A DNA stretch of 59,730 nt, counting the filler, from Dirinaria sp. TL-2023a (lineage: Eukaryota): assembly GCA_051941275.1 (NCBI GenBank). It is 4 parts of 4 records of this genome, joined end to end, with 100 filler letters (N's around TTAATTAATTAA, not from the genome) between each part and the next. Parts side by side here need not be neighbours in the genome. Positions count along the whole stretch, not along the records: positions 1 to 14,880 come from JAVEBF010000574.1; 3 more parts are not named here. One strand, given 5' to 3'. Position numbers and translations under genes: made by a program. Under the pieces are notes generated by a model. It worked only from the letters and a program-made list of their open reading frames with translations. It was not told where the DNA came from and made no database searches. Below, in pieces: positions 1 to 13,061 of the stretch; position 1 is the stretch's first letter; the number at the start of each line of letters is the position of its first letter.

Positions 1-636
1 TTACAGTATCAAGATGCTATTAGGTGGAATCCCTTGGTGTATTCCTTTTACTTCACAGCATGAATGACGGAGCACGGACCGATTCAAGTGTGCCCCAAAG
101 AAGTGCTCCATCAGATCACCAACACCTTGGAAATAGATAAACGCATTGCTTCCATAGCCGAATAGTAATGTCTCATAGACAGGCTTGAGAGCATAGTCAA
201 ATATCAATCAATCAATCAATATGACATCTTCTATGCGCAGAACCGGAACAGCCAATGGAATATGTTGATAAAGGCTAATCCCGACTTGCGCCTTCTGGCA
301 TCGCTGCCTTATCTGAGGTGGCAAAGGCAGCGTTTTGTTAAGACCTTCTGCCAAAAAGGCCTGCTCAGGCGTAAGGCACCAAGCAATCTGAGAAGCAGCT
401 GTACCGGATTAGGGCGCTGTAGATGGTGATTTCCGCACCGTCGTGACATAATGCCACTGCCAACTGTGATCACCTGAGGATTAATTTCAAGGTAATACAC
501 CAATGGAGAAGCGCCGAGAGTTAAGACGGAGTAAATAGGTAGAGATGCCTATTTGGCATGCAGCTACTGCAAACGTTATGCTATGCAAGTCGATGTCACG
601 AACACTGTCCATAAAGGTCCAATCACGAGTCCGAGT

Positions 637-3600
637 TTATACGGCATCTTCCAGCGAGGCTTTTTCCCCTCCGTCATCAAGCTTCGGCACTCCGGGCACC
701 TCCATCTCCAGGTCCCACCTCATTCCTATATAGGCATCGCTAATGACGAGCAGCGTGAGCCTCCTTTCCATTGCCTCGGGCTTCAATCGAATTGTTGCCC
801 TCGCACTTTCTTTACCAGCCGTCGGCTTTCGCCTTCCGAGCCTCTCCTCACCAGGCCAATTTACTCGTCTGAGCGCCAGAATGTTGTCTTTGGCGATGTC
901 AGCGACGACGACGAAAAATCCTTCAGTTTGCGGTTTGGGATACTTTGGCGCATAGATCCAATACTCAGGGTCTGGGTGGGCGTTTAAACGGATAAGTGTA
1001 GCGGTCAGACCCAAGGCTGTAATGTCTGTGGAGGTGATCTCGAGATTTGGAAGCCTATTGGCAGCTTTTTCCGCCTGGAAACGTTCGGCTGCAGGCAAAT
1101 GCAGGTTGTCAAAGAATGAAGCTATAGATGATTTTGGAAGTGATGATACTTCAATGAGTACTGGCTTCCCGTTGCGGGCTCGCTCGCGTTTTTGATCAGT
1201 GCGTACACCCGGGAAGATTGATAACGGCTCGTCATTTGGCCAGCGCGCAGACTTGATGCATTGCAGAAGTGCCATGAATTGCATACAGGCTGAAAGGTGG
1301 CCGAGCTCCGTAAATACGTCGATCGATGCTTGTATGATACGTATGCTCTGGTCAAGCACTGAGTTTTGATCACCTACGTAATCCGAGATGGGAAGATCGA
1401 TCCGCGAGAAATATGCTTGAAGCAGTAGGAAAGCTTTGACATGGGGATCATGCATGGGCAGACCCATTATTGTAGCATTCAGCGGCAAATGAGATGATAG
1501 CTCGGCATTAATAAGATCCTCATTGTGGCGTACCGGTAGCTCATCGAATTCGGTAGCTCCGCACATCCATGCCAGAGCTTCTTCAAACGTAGGACATGGC
1601 TTTGACTGGGCAAGCAAGTGGCGGATAGTTCGATGGGACAGATAATAGTAGCTCATTATCTTGCCTAAAGCCGTGGAGTCGATATCTCCATTGGAATGAA
1701 ATTCGATGCAGCCGGATTCACAGAGCTCTTCGAGGGACTTATCAACCATAGAAATCATGTAGTCGTTCGCAAGAGCTCGTGCGGCGGAAGTGTTATGCTC
1801 CTCAGCCGAGATCTCAAGGCCGTAATACGACGGATTCTTATGCAAGCGGCGGAAAAAAAAAGTCCAAGTCAAATAGTCCAGTGCATCCTGCTTGGTTGTG
1901 ATGGTACCAGCGGAAACTTCAGCCCCTAGATGATTGTCGAGAACGTTGTGGAGTGAAGATTCTACCGGAAAGCCGCTGTGCAAGAAATGTTTGTAGAAAG
2001 CCTTCTTTGAGTCCTGTGTAAAAATGCGAGCTATACCTGAGGAGTCGAATTGCGGACGACCTGCTCGACCAAGCATTTGAAGGACATCAGTCAAGTCCAT
2101 ATCCTTGTAGCCTTCTATCTTAGCATCGAAGAATTGGGTGCCTTTGACAACAACCAAGTGCGCTGGTAAGTTGACGCCCCATGCAAGTGTGCTCGTAGCC
2201 ACAAGGACCTGGATTTTGTTATTGGCAAACAATTCCTCTGCCAGCTGCCTGTCCGCTTCTACAAGACCAGCGTGGTGTAGCCCAATGCCAAAGCCCAAAG
2301 CTTCTCGTAATGCCTGGTCCTTAACTCGTGAGAGATTTAATTGGAGGTCATCTTCAGACATTTTGACAAACCGGCGGGGATTGTCTTCCATTCCGCAAAA
2401 GCTTATTAGATCTTTGGCTGTCAATCGCGTTTGTCTCCGAGAAGCAACGAAGACAATGGCCGGCTTTTGGGGCGAATGAGTCTTGATCGCCAGAAATGTG
2501 GGACGATTCATTGACTGCATCAGCGGACAGAAGCCTCGCTGTTCTGGAAATCCGTCGATGAAAATTTCTAGTGGCACAGGACGCACTGAATGACGGAAAT
2601 TGAAAAGTCCTTCCTTAACGCCTAGCCAATTCCCCAAATCCATGGCGTTTGCACAAGCCGTAGACATACCGACTATCCTTACAGAGCCCTTTTTCTGTGA
2701 GGCGATGTAATTCATGCGTGAAACGATTATCTCAAGGATGGGTCCTCTGTCGCCACCCAGGAGATGAATCTCATCGATGATGACCAGGCTAACTCTTTGA
2801 ACATATCCTCTTGTCTGCCAGCTACGGCTGATGCCATCCCACTTTTCTGGCGTAGTTACGATGATGTCTGCATCTCTTATAGTTCGTGTGTCTGGTGTGT
2901 TATCCCCTGTTAGCTCTACCAGGCGGAGGCCCATTCGGCGAATGAACCGCCGACGCCATTCCTGAATACGTTCTCGAACCAATGCCTTCATGGGGGCGAT
3001 ATAGACCACTATCGAACCGGGCCTCTCCCGAAATGCCCACCACATAGCTAGCTCAGCAGCAACGGTCTTGCCGCTTCCGGTCGGAGACCCTAGCAATACG
3101 TTCGCCGGGGTATGATAAAGGGTATGAAAGATCTGGGTCTGCATTGGATTGAAGAAGGGAAACCGTTCTCCGTAAATCTCTTCAAGTAGCGAGTTCTTCA
3201 AGGCTGCCACAGGAAGAGGTTGAAGATCGAGGAGATCCGTGTATACGCTCTCAGTGTCCGGTCGTATCAAATGTTGGAAAGACACTGGTGTTACTGTCTC
3301 AGCTCCAAGCCATCGATCAGATACTGCTCGCACATAGATTTGTGTCGGCAACGGGTCTGACAATGGAATTGTAAAATTGAGCTCATGATCCTCATAAAGC
3401 TTTCTTCTCGTCAAGATAAAATATTCATGGTGGTAGATCTCCGAGGTTTCGCAGTTTTCTACCCATATCCAATACGACTCAGATGTGCCGCTGTACTTGT
3501 CGTTCCAACGAAAATCGGCCGTCAGGTACAGACGTATCCGCAGGACATCTCGATTCAAGGGCGCTATCTCCGCTTCAACGGTCAAAGTTGGGAAGCTATT

Positions 3601-6600
3601 GAGAAGCTTAGAGATAGTATTTCCCATTCCTCGATTATGCACAAGTTGACCCATTTCGACACTGTCCATATCTCGCATCGATTCAATGGATGAGATTGAT
3701 TCCTTACTATCAAGATGGTTCAAGATGGTTTGCGGAAGATCGAATTGGTGGAAAGGATGCTGAAAAGGCCAAATTTGCTTTTCAATCGACTTGCAGAGCG
3801 AAAGAAGGACCAGACATTGATGACCCCATTTTCGGTTCAAAGCTACCATGAAAAGAGCTCGACATATCCTAGCAGCATTTTGAGCTACATACGCAGTGTC
3901 GGAAACTAGAGCAAAGTCTTCTACTCGCGCACGCCCAATATACGACTGGAGTAATATATTCGTCTTCGCTTGAGCGGAATGCTTGTCGCCAGCTATGTCA
4001 CAAGGTATTCCGTCCGAAAGGCTTGACAACTCTTTGAACTCATTGTCTCTCGACTGGATATTATCGAATTCACCACTCATGCTAATCATTTCAAGTACGT
4101 CAGCTTCGGTGGCTCTAGGCTGCATCATTGCATTGAAGATTTCGACGCTGGCCTGTAGTACATAGTACTGGCTCGCGATCCGGCCCACATCCTTGGCTCT
4201 AAGTTCTTCTGTGACTTCATTAAAAATGATCATCTGGCTTTGCTGTAAGATCTGGGCAGCATCAACAACTAGCTTCCGTCTTCTCTGTACGAGCCGTGGA
4301 TCGTCCCGAATTTCTGCCCAATCGATGCCGTAAGTGAGCGGGTTGCGTTGCATGCGTACAAACAAATATGAGTAACCGAGCCATTGTACAGCTTCGGAAA
4401 CAGAAGTAACGGTCCCTAAAGCGATCTCGGCATTCAAATTGTCCACCAGCTTTCTGGAAAATTTGGACTCAATGGGCTGTTGTTGCGTAACAGCAGAAAG
4501 GTAGTGGCTTACTTTGTCTTGTGTGGTGCAGATGAAACCGATACCCGAAGCCTGAAACTGAGGACGACCAGCACGACCAAATATTTGAAGCACATCTAGA
4601 ATGCCGAGATCAACGAATTTTCCCTCCTGTGCGCTGTATAGTTGGGTGCCTTTGATTACAACTGCTGCAGCAGGCAAGTTTACACCCCAAGCAAGCGTTG
4701 CTGTACAGCAAAGCACATTGATGTGCCCTTGGGCGAAAAGCTGCTCAACCCTATTGCGATCTGACCGTGGCATACCAGCGTGATGTGTGCCGAAGCCTTT
4801 CGGGACTAGCTCACGCAATTCTCGTCCCTTGGTGCTCTTCAGATCCTTGATAGCTAGATTGAAACCATCAACTTCATGGCAATCTAACAATTCGGAACAG
4901 CCCTGCTCTGTAAACAGCTGGATAAAGGTTCTTGCCGTGCTGACTGTATCTTTTCTCGAGTGAACGAAAACCATCACTTGATGCCCTTGCTCCAACATCT
5001 CCTTCACTTTCTCGAAAGCCGTCGTCTCAATGTTCTCCCGTGATGTCTTAGTACCTGGCCTGCCCTTAACCCCTAAGAAGTGCTGTTCTAATGGCACGGG
5101 TCTGAAGGAGGCATCAAAGTAGAACAGGCCTACGTAGCGATTAACTTTTAAGAAATCAGCCACATCAATGTAATTTGGTAGCGTTGCAGAGAGCCCCACA
5201 ATCCTGATAAGAGATTGGGTACTTTCGACTTGTCTTGCTGTCCTTGCAACAAGAGATTCAAGCACAGCACCGCGATCATCATGTAGCATATGCACTTCGT
5301 CAATGATGAGAAGACAAACCTTTTGCACAAGCTCTGTATCTCCTGTGCTCTTCCGTGTTACGACATCCCATTTTTCGGGGGTGGTCACAATAATCTGAGT
5401 TTGTACAATTTCCTTCTTCGTCAATTGCATATCTCCTGTCAGCTCCCTTACTTGAATTCTCAGCCAAGCCAGACGCTTGGCCAGCTTCTCCGTGATCTCG
5501 GCAGCCAGGGCCTTCATTGGAGCGACATAGATGATCTTGAAGTCTTCTGCATTGAGTTTAAATTCTGTAGCGTCTGTGGCTTCTGTTGGGTTAGGCGTAA
5601 GGTTGTACCCGATGGCGTTCAGTATTGTTAACATTGCAGCATCAGTCTTACCAGCGCCAGTTGGAGCGCAGATCAGCATGTTTTCACTGGTCTTGTATGC
5701 GACATGGTAGAGCAGACTTTGCATCCTATTCAGCGTCTTGTACCCTTTGAAGGTGCGTTTGCATAGTTTATCCAGTTCGGCGATTTCTAGGAGCTTTTGC
5801 CCCTTTTCAATGGTACCCACGCTTGTGGCTGGGATGGAGTATTCTTCGTACTTCTCGTGTTCCATTCTCTGGCTACCTAGAGGCAAGCCATACTTTTTCC
5901 CACCCACACTCAGAGTGTTGCCGGCGCTGTGGGATTTGTACACGTGTGGATACGATGGGGTTTCGCGGTTTATCGCGGGGCCTAAGCGTCTGTGCTTGTG
6001 CTCATGGTCTTGGTCCCGTAACGCCTGTTCCTGTGCCCGAGTTGTTTGCAGGTGGGAAAGAGTTCCGTTGATTTGCTTGGTTGTGGATTGTGATTTAGCT
6101 ACAATTTCTTTGCGATGAGCGATAAGGTCAATCACGAATTCCAGATCATCATACCCCACCATATCCGAGAGAGACACCTGAAGTTCGTGATCTGCACGGT
6201 CAAATTAGTACGAATTACGAAGGTTTTTTGAGGTCAGTCTACCTTGCATATCCGAAGCAAGCAGCGCCGCCAGTTGCTCCTCTAGTTGGCTGGGTTCGAG
6301 TCCAGATCTTCCTGTTGCTACATTCCAGCACCTCTCCTTCAACCAGCGCCTACTAAAGGGTTGGCTGCCACGGTCGATTGGCGCCCGATCTTCTAAAGAT
6401 CCATCGGTTAAGCTGCTGCTTGCCTCTTCCTCCTCGTCGGTCCAGATGTCCCAGACATTGTCACCATCGCTGCCACCAATGGATTGGTCATCATCAATCA
6501 CTATGTCATGCCCATAGATTTGCGTATCGCCAACCGGTTGGTCGAGCTTTAGGTCTGCGATGGCTTCTCGCATGGTGCGGAGTTGAGCGAACAATTGCGA

Positions 6601-6633
6601 CTCAATTTCGCTCATTGAAGGAGATATCGTCAT
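637..6633 (-). CDS. SLH1: Ski2-like tandem-cassette helicase (Slh1/Rqt2/ASCC3 family), 2 exons, intron 6192-6242
   Basis: The 1846-aa ORF has two helicase cassettes (APTGAGKT...DEVH; SPTGSGKT...DEIH), each followed by a Sec63-like region. A 51-nt GTAGAC...TACTAAT...CAG intron joins the upstream 6205-6633 ORF in frame (DMQ-D-HELQVSLSD). Confidence 0.93.
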
Positions 6634-7203
6634 GGTCCGCTACTAAACATCGTCACTCAGTAGAGTTCAAAGACAGGTCCGGGGGGAGATGTAGAACCCT
6701 TCTCGATCGTCTGTAGAAGCAAGCAAGCTACATGTATATACTGCAGAAAATATCTCGGTGCAGGTAGTGCAATACCCTATTTTAGGGAAGGTACTCCGTA
6801 CTTAGTTCGAAATTCAGACGAAGGGCTCGAAATTGAGTCGGTCGGTGCACTTCGACCAGGCTCAAATTAGATAGAGCGTCTTGTAGGAGAGGGAGGTACC
6901 TAGATACCTTACCTTACCGTACTGTCGGGTGTCTTACTTTTCATTACCTTACGGTCCATTATCAATTACTAGTACCGTATCCGGCTTCGATGGATTTCGA
7001 GTTGGCAGTACTAGTGGCTTAGATTCTGTGGCTTGTGCAAATGCAGAAAGAAGGACACATGCCTCGAGACTCCCTGGAGTTAAAAACTAAGTCTGGGTTG
7101 GACCAACTTCGCACTCTGCCGTACTGCACTTTGCTACTTCTTTCAAAACTTTCCTGGTCCAACACACGAAGACATCCCTGGAACCTCCGCTATCCCGCGC
7201 AGC

Positions 7204-8015
7204 ATGAAGCTCTATTACATAGGCGTGCGCAAACATGATCACTCTCCAGAGAGCAAGTGCTGACGCCTACATTAGATCCTCAAGAATGACATCAAGCCTG
7301 CGCAGGAGCTTTGCGTTGAGAAGGATCTGAATAGCTACTCCCGATTCACGAAACAAAAGTCAGTCCTGTAGTGTAGGCAACTTCGCCCGCGATGTGCTAA
7401 CAGGAGCGTCGTTAGCTATGGCGAATTCATGTCCGTCTTCAGCAAAACCGTCGCTGAAAGAACGAGGCCCGGGCAACGGCAAGACATTGAAGAGAAGTGT
7501 GCGTGATGGCAGATCCGGTGTGCTTTTATCTCAAAAAGCTTATGTAGCATATTAGCATACACCTTCCATGCCTACGGCCGCACCGAAGGCGTTGCTGGTA
7601 TCATTATCAGTGACCCCGATTACCCGGCATTAGTAGCACATCAACTCCTTTCCAAAGTTGTCGACGAGTTTCTTTCGCAACATCCTCGTTCAGAATACGC
7701 AAATACCACCGCTACCCTATCATTCCCAGCGCTGAAAGACTACATTGTCAAGTATCAAGACCCGCAGCAGGCGGATAGCATAATGAAGATCCAGAAGGAG
7801 CTGGACGAGACGAAGATTGTATTGCACAAGACTATCGAGAGTGTGCTGGAAAGAGGAGAAAAGATTGATGATCTGGTGCAGAAAAGCGATGGATTAAGTG
7901 CACAGAGTAAGGTAGGAATGCTATTCTTGTCGTTAGAAGCGGAGAGCAGGCTAACATTCTTTAGATGTTCTACACACAGGCGAAGAAGCAGAATTCTTGT
8001 TGCGTTGTAATGTAA
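7204..8015 (+). CDS. YKT6: Longin R-SNARE Ykt6, 5 exons
   Basis: Spliced translation: MKLYYIG/ILKNDIKPAQELC...YSRFTK/YGEFMSVFSKTVAERTRPGQRQDIEEK/SYTFHAYGRTEG...KIQKELDETKIVLHKTIESVLERGEKIDDLVQKSDGLSAQSK/MFYTQAKKQNSCCVVM*. C-terminal CCAAX prenylation motif. Confidence 0.95.
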
Positions 8016-8289
8016 TGCCCATTTTCAGCAGTTGTCAGGCCGGAAAACATTCTTGCTTGATCCTGATGCCTTTGCGGGGTTGTTCTCAAATGCTTCTGAT
8101 ACGATACATGAATTTCATGATTCTAGACTTCCAATCGCTGCCTTCAAGATGTACAACTATATGGCTTTGCTTCGTCGGGGTATCGAATTGCACAAAATCA
8201 TTTCTGGCATGAGTGGCCTGAACTGACGCATACTGGTCGGAGCGTCACGCCGAGAGAAATACAAACATAACTTTGTCGAGGGCGTAGAC

Positions 8290-10247
8290 TCAGAGGTCCG
8301 CTCCTTCTCTAGCTATTATGTTGATATCAAAGTCTTCATCGAACGCCGCCCTTGGTCCAGTGAGGGCGTTCATCCGGTACAGCACCTCCCCAGTTGGCAG
8401 CCTTGCCCGGTGCGCCTGCAGATGGGCCATAAGCATCTGTGCACCCCCAAATGTTGGAGTGCCTTTGCCTTCAGCTGTGCAAAACATGCATCCAAAATTT
8501 GCACGGAGAAAATCCGAAGTGGCATCTTTGGTCTCAATATGGCTTTTGAACAGGAAATCCCATCTGAATTGAAGACCCTCAGCAGTCAGCACTCGACGAT
8601 CAACAGACTTGGTTTTCTTGTCCAGCATAATTAAACGGCCTTCGAACTTGCACTTTGTGCATTGCCAAAACCTAGCTGCGTTGTACATGCCACCTGGTCG
8701 CTGTCGCTCATCCATGGCTTTCTTCATATCACCAATCTGGGCCCTCCAGGCACCTTTGCAAAACCCTTGAAACTTATTAGCTTCGCTTGGGAGCAAATCT
8801 CGAGCGTTCATAGGATTCGAACTGCTTATCATGTTCACCTGTGCTGGCACACGACGGATAGATCTAGACGACCTCTGTGTTGGAGGATGACTTGTGCTAT
8901 CCGGGGTCCGGCTTGTGGCTGGTGTTATAGGAAGGGATCGATCAGCCCAGCGGCCAAAATTTGGCGTTTCCGGTGCTTCATAGGATGGGTTAGTGGTGGT
9001 GGTAGTTTCGCTGAGCAGCGAATCTTGGTACGAAGCTGGCGTTGGGGGAGGTGGGTGCTCCCCTGAAGCCTGCATCCTTGGGGCTAGTACATTTTGTGGT
9101 AGGCCGGACCCAACTAATCGCTTTGATGACTGAAGAGCACTTGAGCTCTCTAACTCTTGGATCCTACCGGGCTCATTCTTCGCCATCGTTACAGGAGTTG
9201 CCTTGGATCGTGTCCCAAATAGTTTAAGCTTTGTCACAGAGGCAAAGTTACCTTTCTCGGTTTTCTCGTTTCCAGAACTCGTAATGGTCGTAACAACTCT
9301 CGGTGTATTCTCGAAATCGCGAGATGCCAGCGAAGACGACATTGACACTTTAGACAGATTGGACGAGCTATCGCCGAACACATCAGCGAAATACCCTTGA
9401 ACGTGCTGCGAAGAACCGGTGTCTTGCACCGGAGTCCCACGGCAAGGGCTTCTGGGATACTGAATCATAGGTGCTCGTTGAGGAAGCCTTTGCCCAGTAT
9501 AAGTTGGGATGGTCCCCTGGTGCTGATACTTTGTTTCAGCAAGCGGCATGTAATGTGGTCGTCTATCTCTTTCATGTGGAGGTGATAATGGATACCGATT
9601 GTCATTAGCGTCTGTGCCTTGAGAAGGCGATCCATTACTGGATGCAGGATGCGCCATCGGACGTCCACTGACTCGGCGCGACGGAGCAAGAGGAGGCAAT
9701 GGCGGCTTTGCGTCGGATAATCCAGGTTCTGCAAAGAGAGGTGGCGGCTTAAGATGCTCAACAGGACCAGAGGTGATTATCCGCTGTTGAAGTTGCATCA
9801 GGACCAAGATGGCCTCGTCTTGGCTAGAGTCTGAGACATCCTGCAGAGTCGCAAAGTCGAGGTAGGTGTCCTGCTGAGATTGAATTTTGAGGTTTGAGAT
9901 TACCTGCGCCTGCAGTCGGACGACAACAGCTTTGAGTGCCTGCTGCGCAATGCCTGCCATCTGTATTAACAAGGTATCATTTCATAGCACAAAGCTGTTC
10001 ACTAACCATCACCATCCGCGAAGGCTGCCCCGAAGCGTCTGTAGTCCCGGTCGTATTGGCTCCGTACTACACTCTCCCCACGTGTCAATGACAGCCGTAA
10101 ATCTTCCGCCGAGTCATCAATCAAGCCATTCCAATGAGCAACCTTCTGTGCAATTCGTTTCGTCGTAATCTGTTCAAGTAATTCTGCTGCATCGTGGTAG
10201 GCTGAGCACACAGCGCCGACGCAAGCAGCAACTGCAAGGATCTCCAT
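8290..10247 (-). CDS. Conserved fungal hypothetical protein: hydrophobic N-terminal helix, Pro/Ser-rich linker, C-terminal Cys/His-rich (probable Zn-binding) domain
   Basis: ORFs 10002-10256 and 8290-9972 join through a GTTAGT...CAG intron (about 9954-10006), giving ...FADGDGIAQQALK.... The C-terminus has WQCTKC and FGCMFC...HLQAH motifs. The start codon is uncertain. Confidence 0.75.
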
Positions 10248-11357
10248 ACCGGACACTGTTTTCCTGGCGAAACCAGATGGTCACGAGCGGACTATCAATT
10301 CTCAAATAGCTTCTATTTCGTTTTAACTGTTTAACATGGACGCATGTGATCGTCGATCTACTCGACAGCGCGGGGAGAGCATCGCACACCTTGTTCAAGC
10401 TGGCTGGCCCTCTGGCTAAGCAGCCTGCGCAATGTTCCGTATGATACACCGTACCAAGGCCTCATGGCCCCATGGGAGAGGTTTCCTTGCGCAGCCGCTA
10501 GTATGGATCTTGCATCTTGGCAGCGGTACTCTACCTAAGGTAAGGTAGGGTGCTGTACTTTAACGACGCCGTCGCGTGTAATCCGCAGTTAATTTGCGTC
10601 CTATGCGTTATCTAGGAGACCCGGAGGGCCGGATACTCCCTACTCGTTATCGAGCTACAACCTATGGTAAGGTCAGCCTTGGACAAATGCTGACCTATGT
10701 ACAGTGCATAAGTCCGCTGGCTAAGCTAGGACCGGCGTAATCTTATCTGAGGAGCCTGAGGTTGCTCCCTACCTTAGGTACTCGTACATATCGAGCATGT
10801 ACAGTATTTCGTGCCAAGAAAAGCTCAAAGATGTTAATGCTGAAAATTAATTATTACTGTACCCAATCAGCACTACCTTATGAGTTTATGATACATGTAT
10901 CGTACTAAGTAACTTGGCAAGGCAAATGAAGACATCAAAGTCAACCACAGAGCACCTGTGAAAGGTGTCTCAGGCGTTTGTGATGCCGTCGTACAGATGC
11001 TTGCTGACCAATCAAATCATGATCAATCCTGTAAAGGCATCAGGTGACAAGCGGCTGGTGGCAGAGTCATTACAGTTCCATAAGGTAGGTAATGGGAGAC
11101 CGCGCTTTACCTTACCTATCTCCTGACATCATTGTTCCATTCAGCCCCTTTCAATACTTTACTTGATAACCTCGAAAGGCCGCAAAAAGCACAAAAAGCT
11201 TCGTCTGCCCCAAACATAGGGTAACTGCATGCTCTCATAAAGCTCCTTTCTTCACAGGTTTGAAGTCATCCTTGGTAACGCTGGGCGATGCTGGGCCTAC
11301 CATGAAAGGACTCAAAATTGCCCATAAGATATCACCATCTCGTTCGAGGTGACAGCA

Positions 11358-12287
11358 ATGTCAAACAGCTTGGAGGCTAAGATCTGTGTGCTCGGAGCTC
11401 AAGGTACGCGCTGCCAGATTCTAGTCGCGTATGCATCACTCACGCTTACAGGGGTTGGCAAGACTTCTCTAGTTCATCGGTTCGTTAAAGGAACCTTTAA
11501 TCCGGCCACCACCACATCTACAATTGGAGCATCATTTCTTACAAAGCGCGTTCTCGACATCGATAGCGGTATTACGGTTCGTCTCCAGCTGTGGGATACC
11601 GCTGGTCAAGAACGATTCCGAAGCATTTCCAAGCTCTACTACCGAGGCGCATCAGCTGTTGTCCTCGTATACAGTCTCCTTGATGAGCAGAGCTTTCTCG
11701 AGATGGGACGATGGCTTTCCGAAGTGAAAGAAAACGTGAGCGAAGACACAATCGTCCACGTCGTGGGCACTAAAAGCGACGTAGTCTCTCAGGAACCCAG
11801 TCTACGGAAAGTACCGTTTGAGAGGTGCATCGAATATGTTGCGGAACATATCTACCCAGAACGAGCCTCGTCCCCCGCTGCTCTTACAGACCGTGCCAGG
11901 AGTGTGAAGAGCTTGGACAGCAAGCGTAGTAGTGGGTTTTGGGGACAGGACATCGGCTGGGACTGCTGTCATGAAATCAGCTCCAAGGACGGTGAAGGGA
12001 TTGATGAGTTCTTCCGTGTCATTACGAGGAAGCTTGTTGAGCAAAGGCAAAAGAAAATCGATCAAGATTCAGGCGTGGAGCACGTTGCTACGCCAGGCGT
12101 TGATAAGAGCCAGACAGGGTATTTCGACGGGCCTGGCTCCGATGGTAATGGGAGCTTCCGAATTGGCGTCGGCGATAAAAGGAGGAGCTGGCTTGGTTTT
12201 CCGACCCCTACGGTCGCTATTGGTGATGAAGGTACTGCAAAAAGCGCGAGCAGCCATGGTAAAGGTAGGGAGGGAAGCTGCTGCTAG
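11358..12287 (+). CDS. Atypical Rab GTPase (Rab5/21/24-related, RYL2-like), intron 11404-11451
   Basis: G1 GAQGVGKTS after removing a 48-nt intron, effector TIGASF, G3 WDTAGQE, G4 variant TKSD, G5 EISSK, C-terminal CC prenylation motif. Confidence 0.9.
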   Translation: MSNSLEAKICVLGAQGTRCQILVAYASLTLTGVGKTSLVHRFVKGTFNPATTTSTIGASFLTKRVLDIDSGITVRLQLWDTAGQERFRSISKLYYRGASAVVLVYSLLDEQSFLEMGRWLSEVKENVSEDTIVHVVGTKSDVVSQEPSLRKVPFERCIEYVAEHIYPERASSPAALTDRARSVKSLDSKRSSGFWGQDIGWDCCHEISSKDGEGIDEFFRVITRKLVEQRQKKIDQDSGVEHVATPGVDKSQTGYFDGPGSDGNGSFRIGVGDKRRSWLGFPTPTVAIGDEGTAKSASSHGKGREGSCC

Positions 12288-12738
12288 CCTCCCGTCAACT
12301 CGGTTGTACTCGCTCGAATAGATACGCACCTGAGAAATTTGTGTTCTGAGCATGGGGTCAGCGGAGCCGGGGATCTTTTCGTTCATACCCATATGCATGC
12401 TTTTAACGCAACATGAATAAGTTGAGAACGTATTTCCCCTAAATAATCACCGGCAATTATGCGGGCTGATCATTACTACGCAATCAAATCTGTGGGAAGC
12501 AACTATGTCTTCGAACTCGTATAATCTGTTAGTGTTTCGGGTTCCAACACCATTCTGTGCAGTCCTCTTTCTGAGCTACTGATAGCAAGTTGGTGTGTTA
12601 GGGTAATAATACCATTATTAGGTGCCAAGGTGGTCACCCGGGCGATTTTTAGTTGGCCCCATTAGTGGCATGCCAGGACTTGAGGTATGGCGTCGTCTTC
12701 TGTCAAGTAAGATTACTCTTGACGTCAAAGCAGTCATC

Positions 12739-12850
12739 AGGTAGGTACCTTAGGTAAGGTACGAGTACTTTACCTTACAATACTCTACCTTAAGGTAGTC
12801 TTTCAGATACTTTACTCGAGGTACCTTACCTAAAGATAACTTGAGGTACC
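12739..12850. repeat. Dense cluster of TACCTTACC/GGTAAGGTA motifs upstream of the cytochrome b2 gene
   Basis: aggtaggtaccttaggtaaggtacgagtactttaccttacaatactctaccttaaggtag...gaggtaccttacctaaag...gaggtacc. Similar clusters occur in other intergenic regions. Confidence 0.7.
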
Positions 12851-13061
12851 CCGCTGTTGATGATCTCTGCTTCTCAATCCCCGCCGTCTTGCCGCGGCCA
12901 GATGCCGCGTATTTCCGTCTTGCTGTTAGGTGGAAATCGACTTAATTGTATAATAGTGGTCAATGATTTTGCTCAAGCAGTTTGTGCATTTTCAAGTTCG
13001 TGGATGATTCGTTCTCATCGTACAGTCGCTTTTCTGAATTTGGTGGATCTTGCAGTGAATC

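Noticed and set aside
1..636. Short ORFs and an (ATCA)n tract at the window start
   Set aside because: No recognisable protein motif. The tract is a trivial microsatellite.
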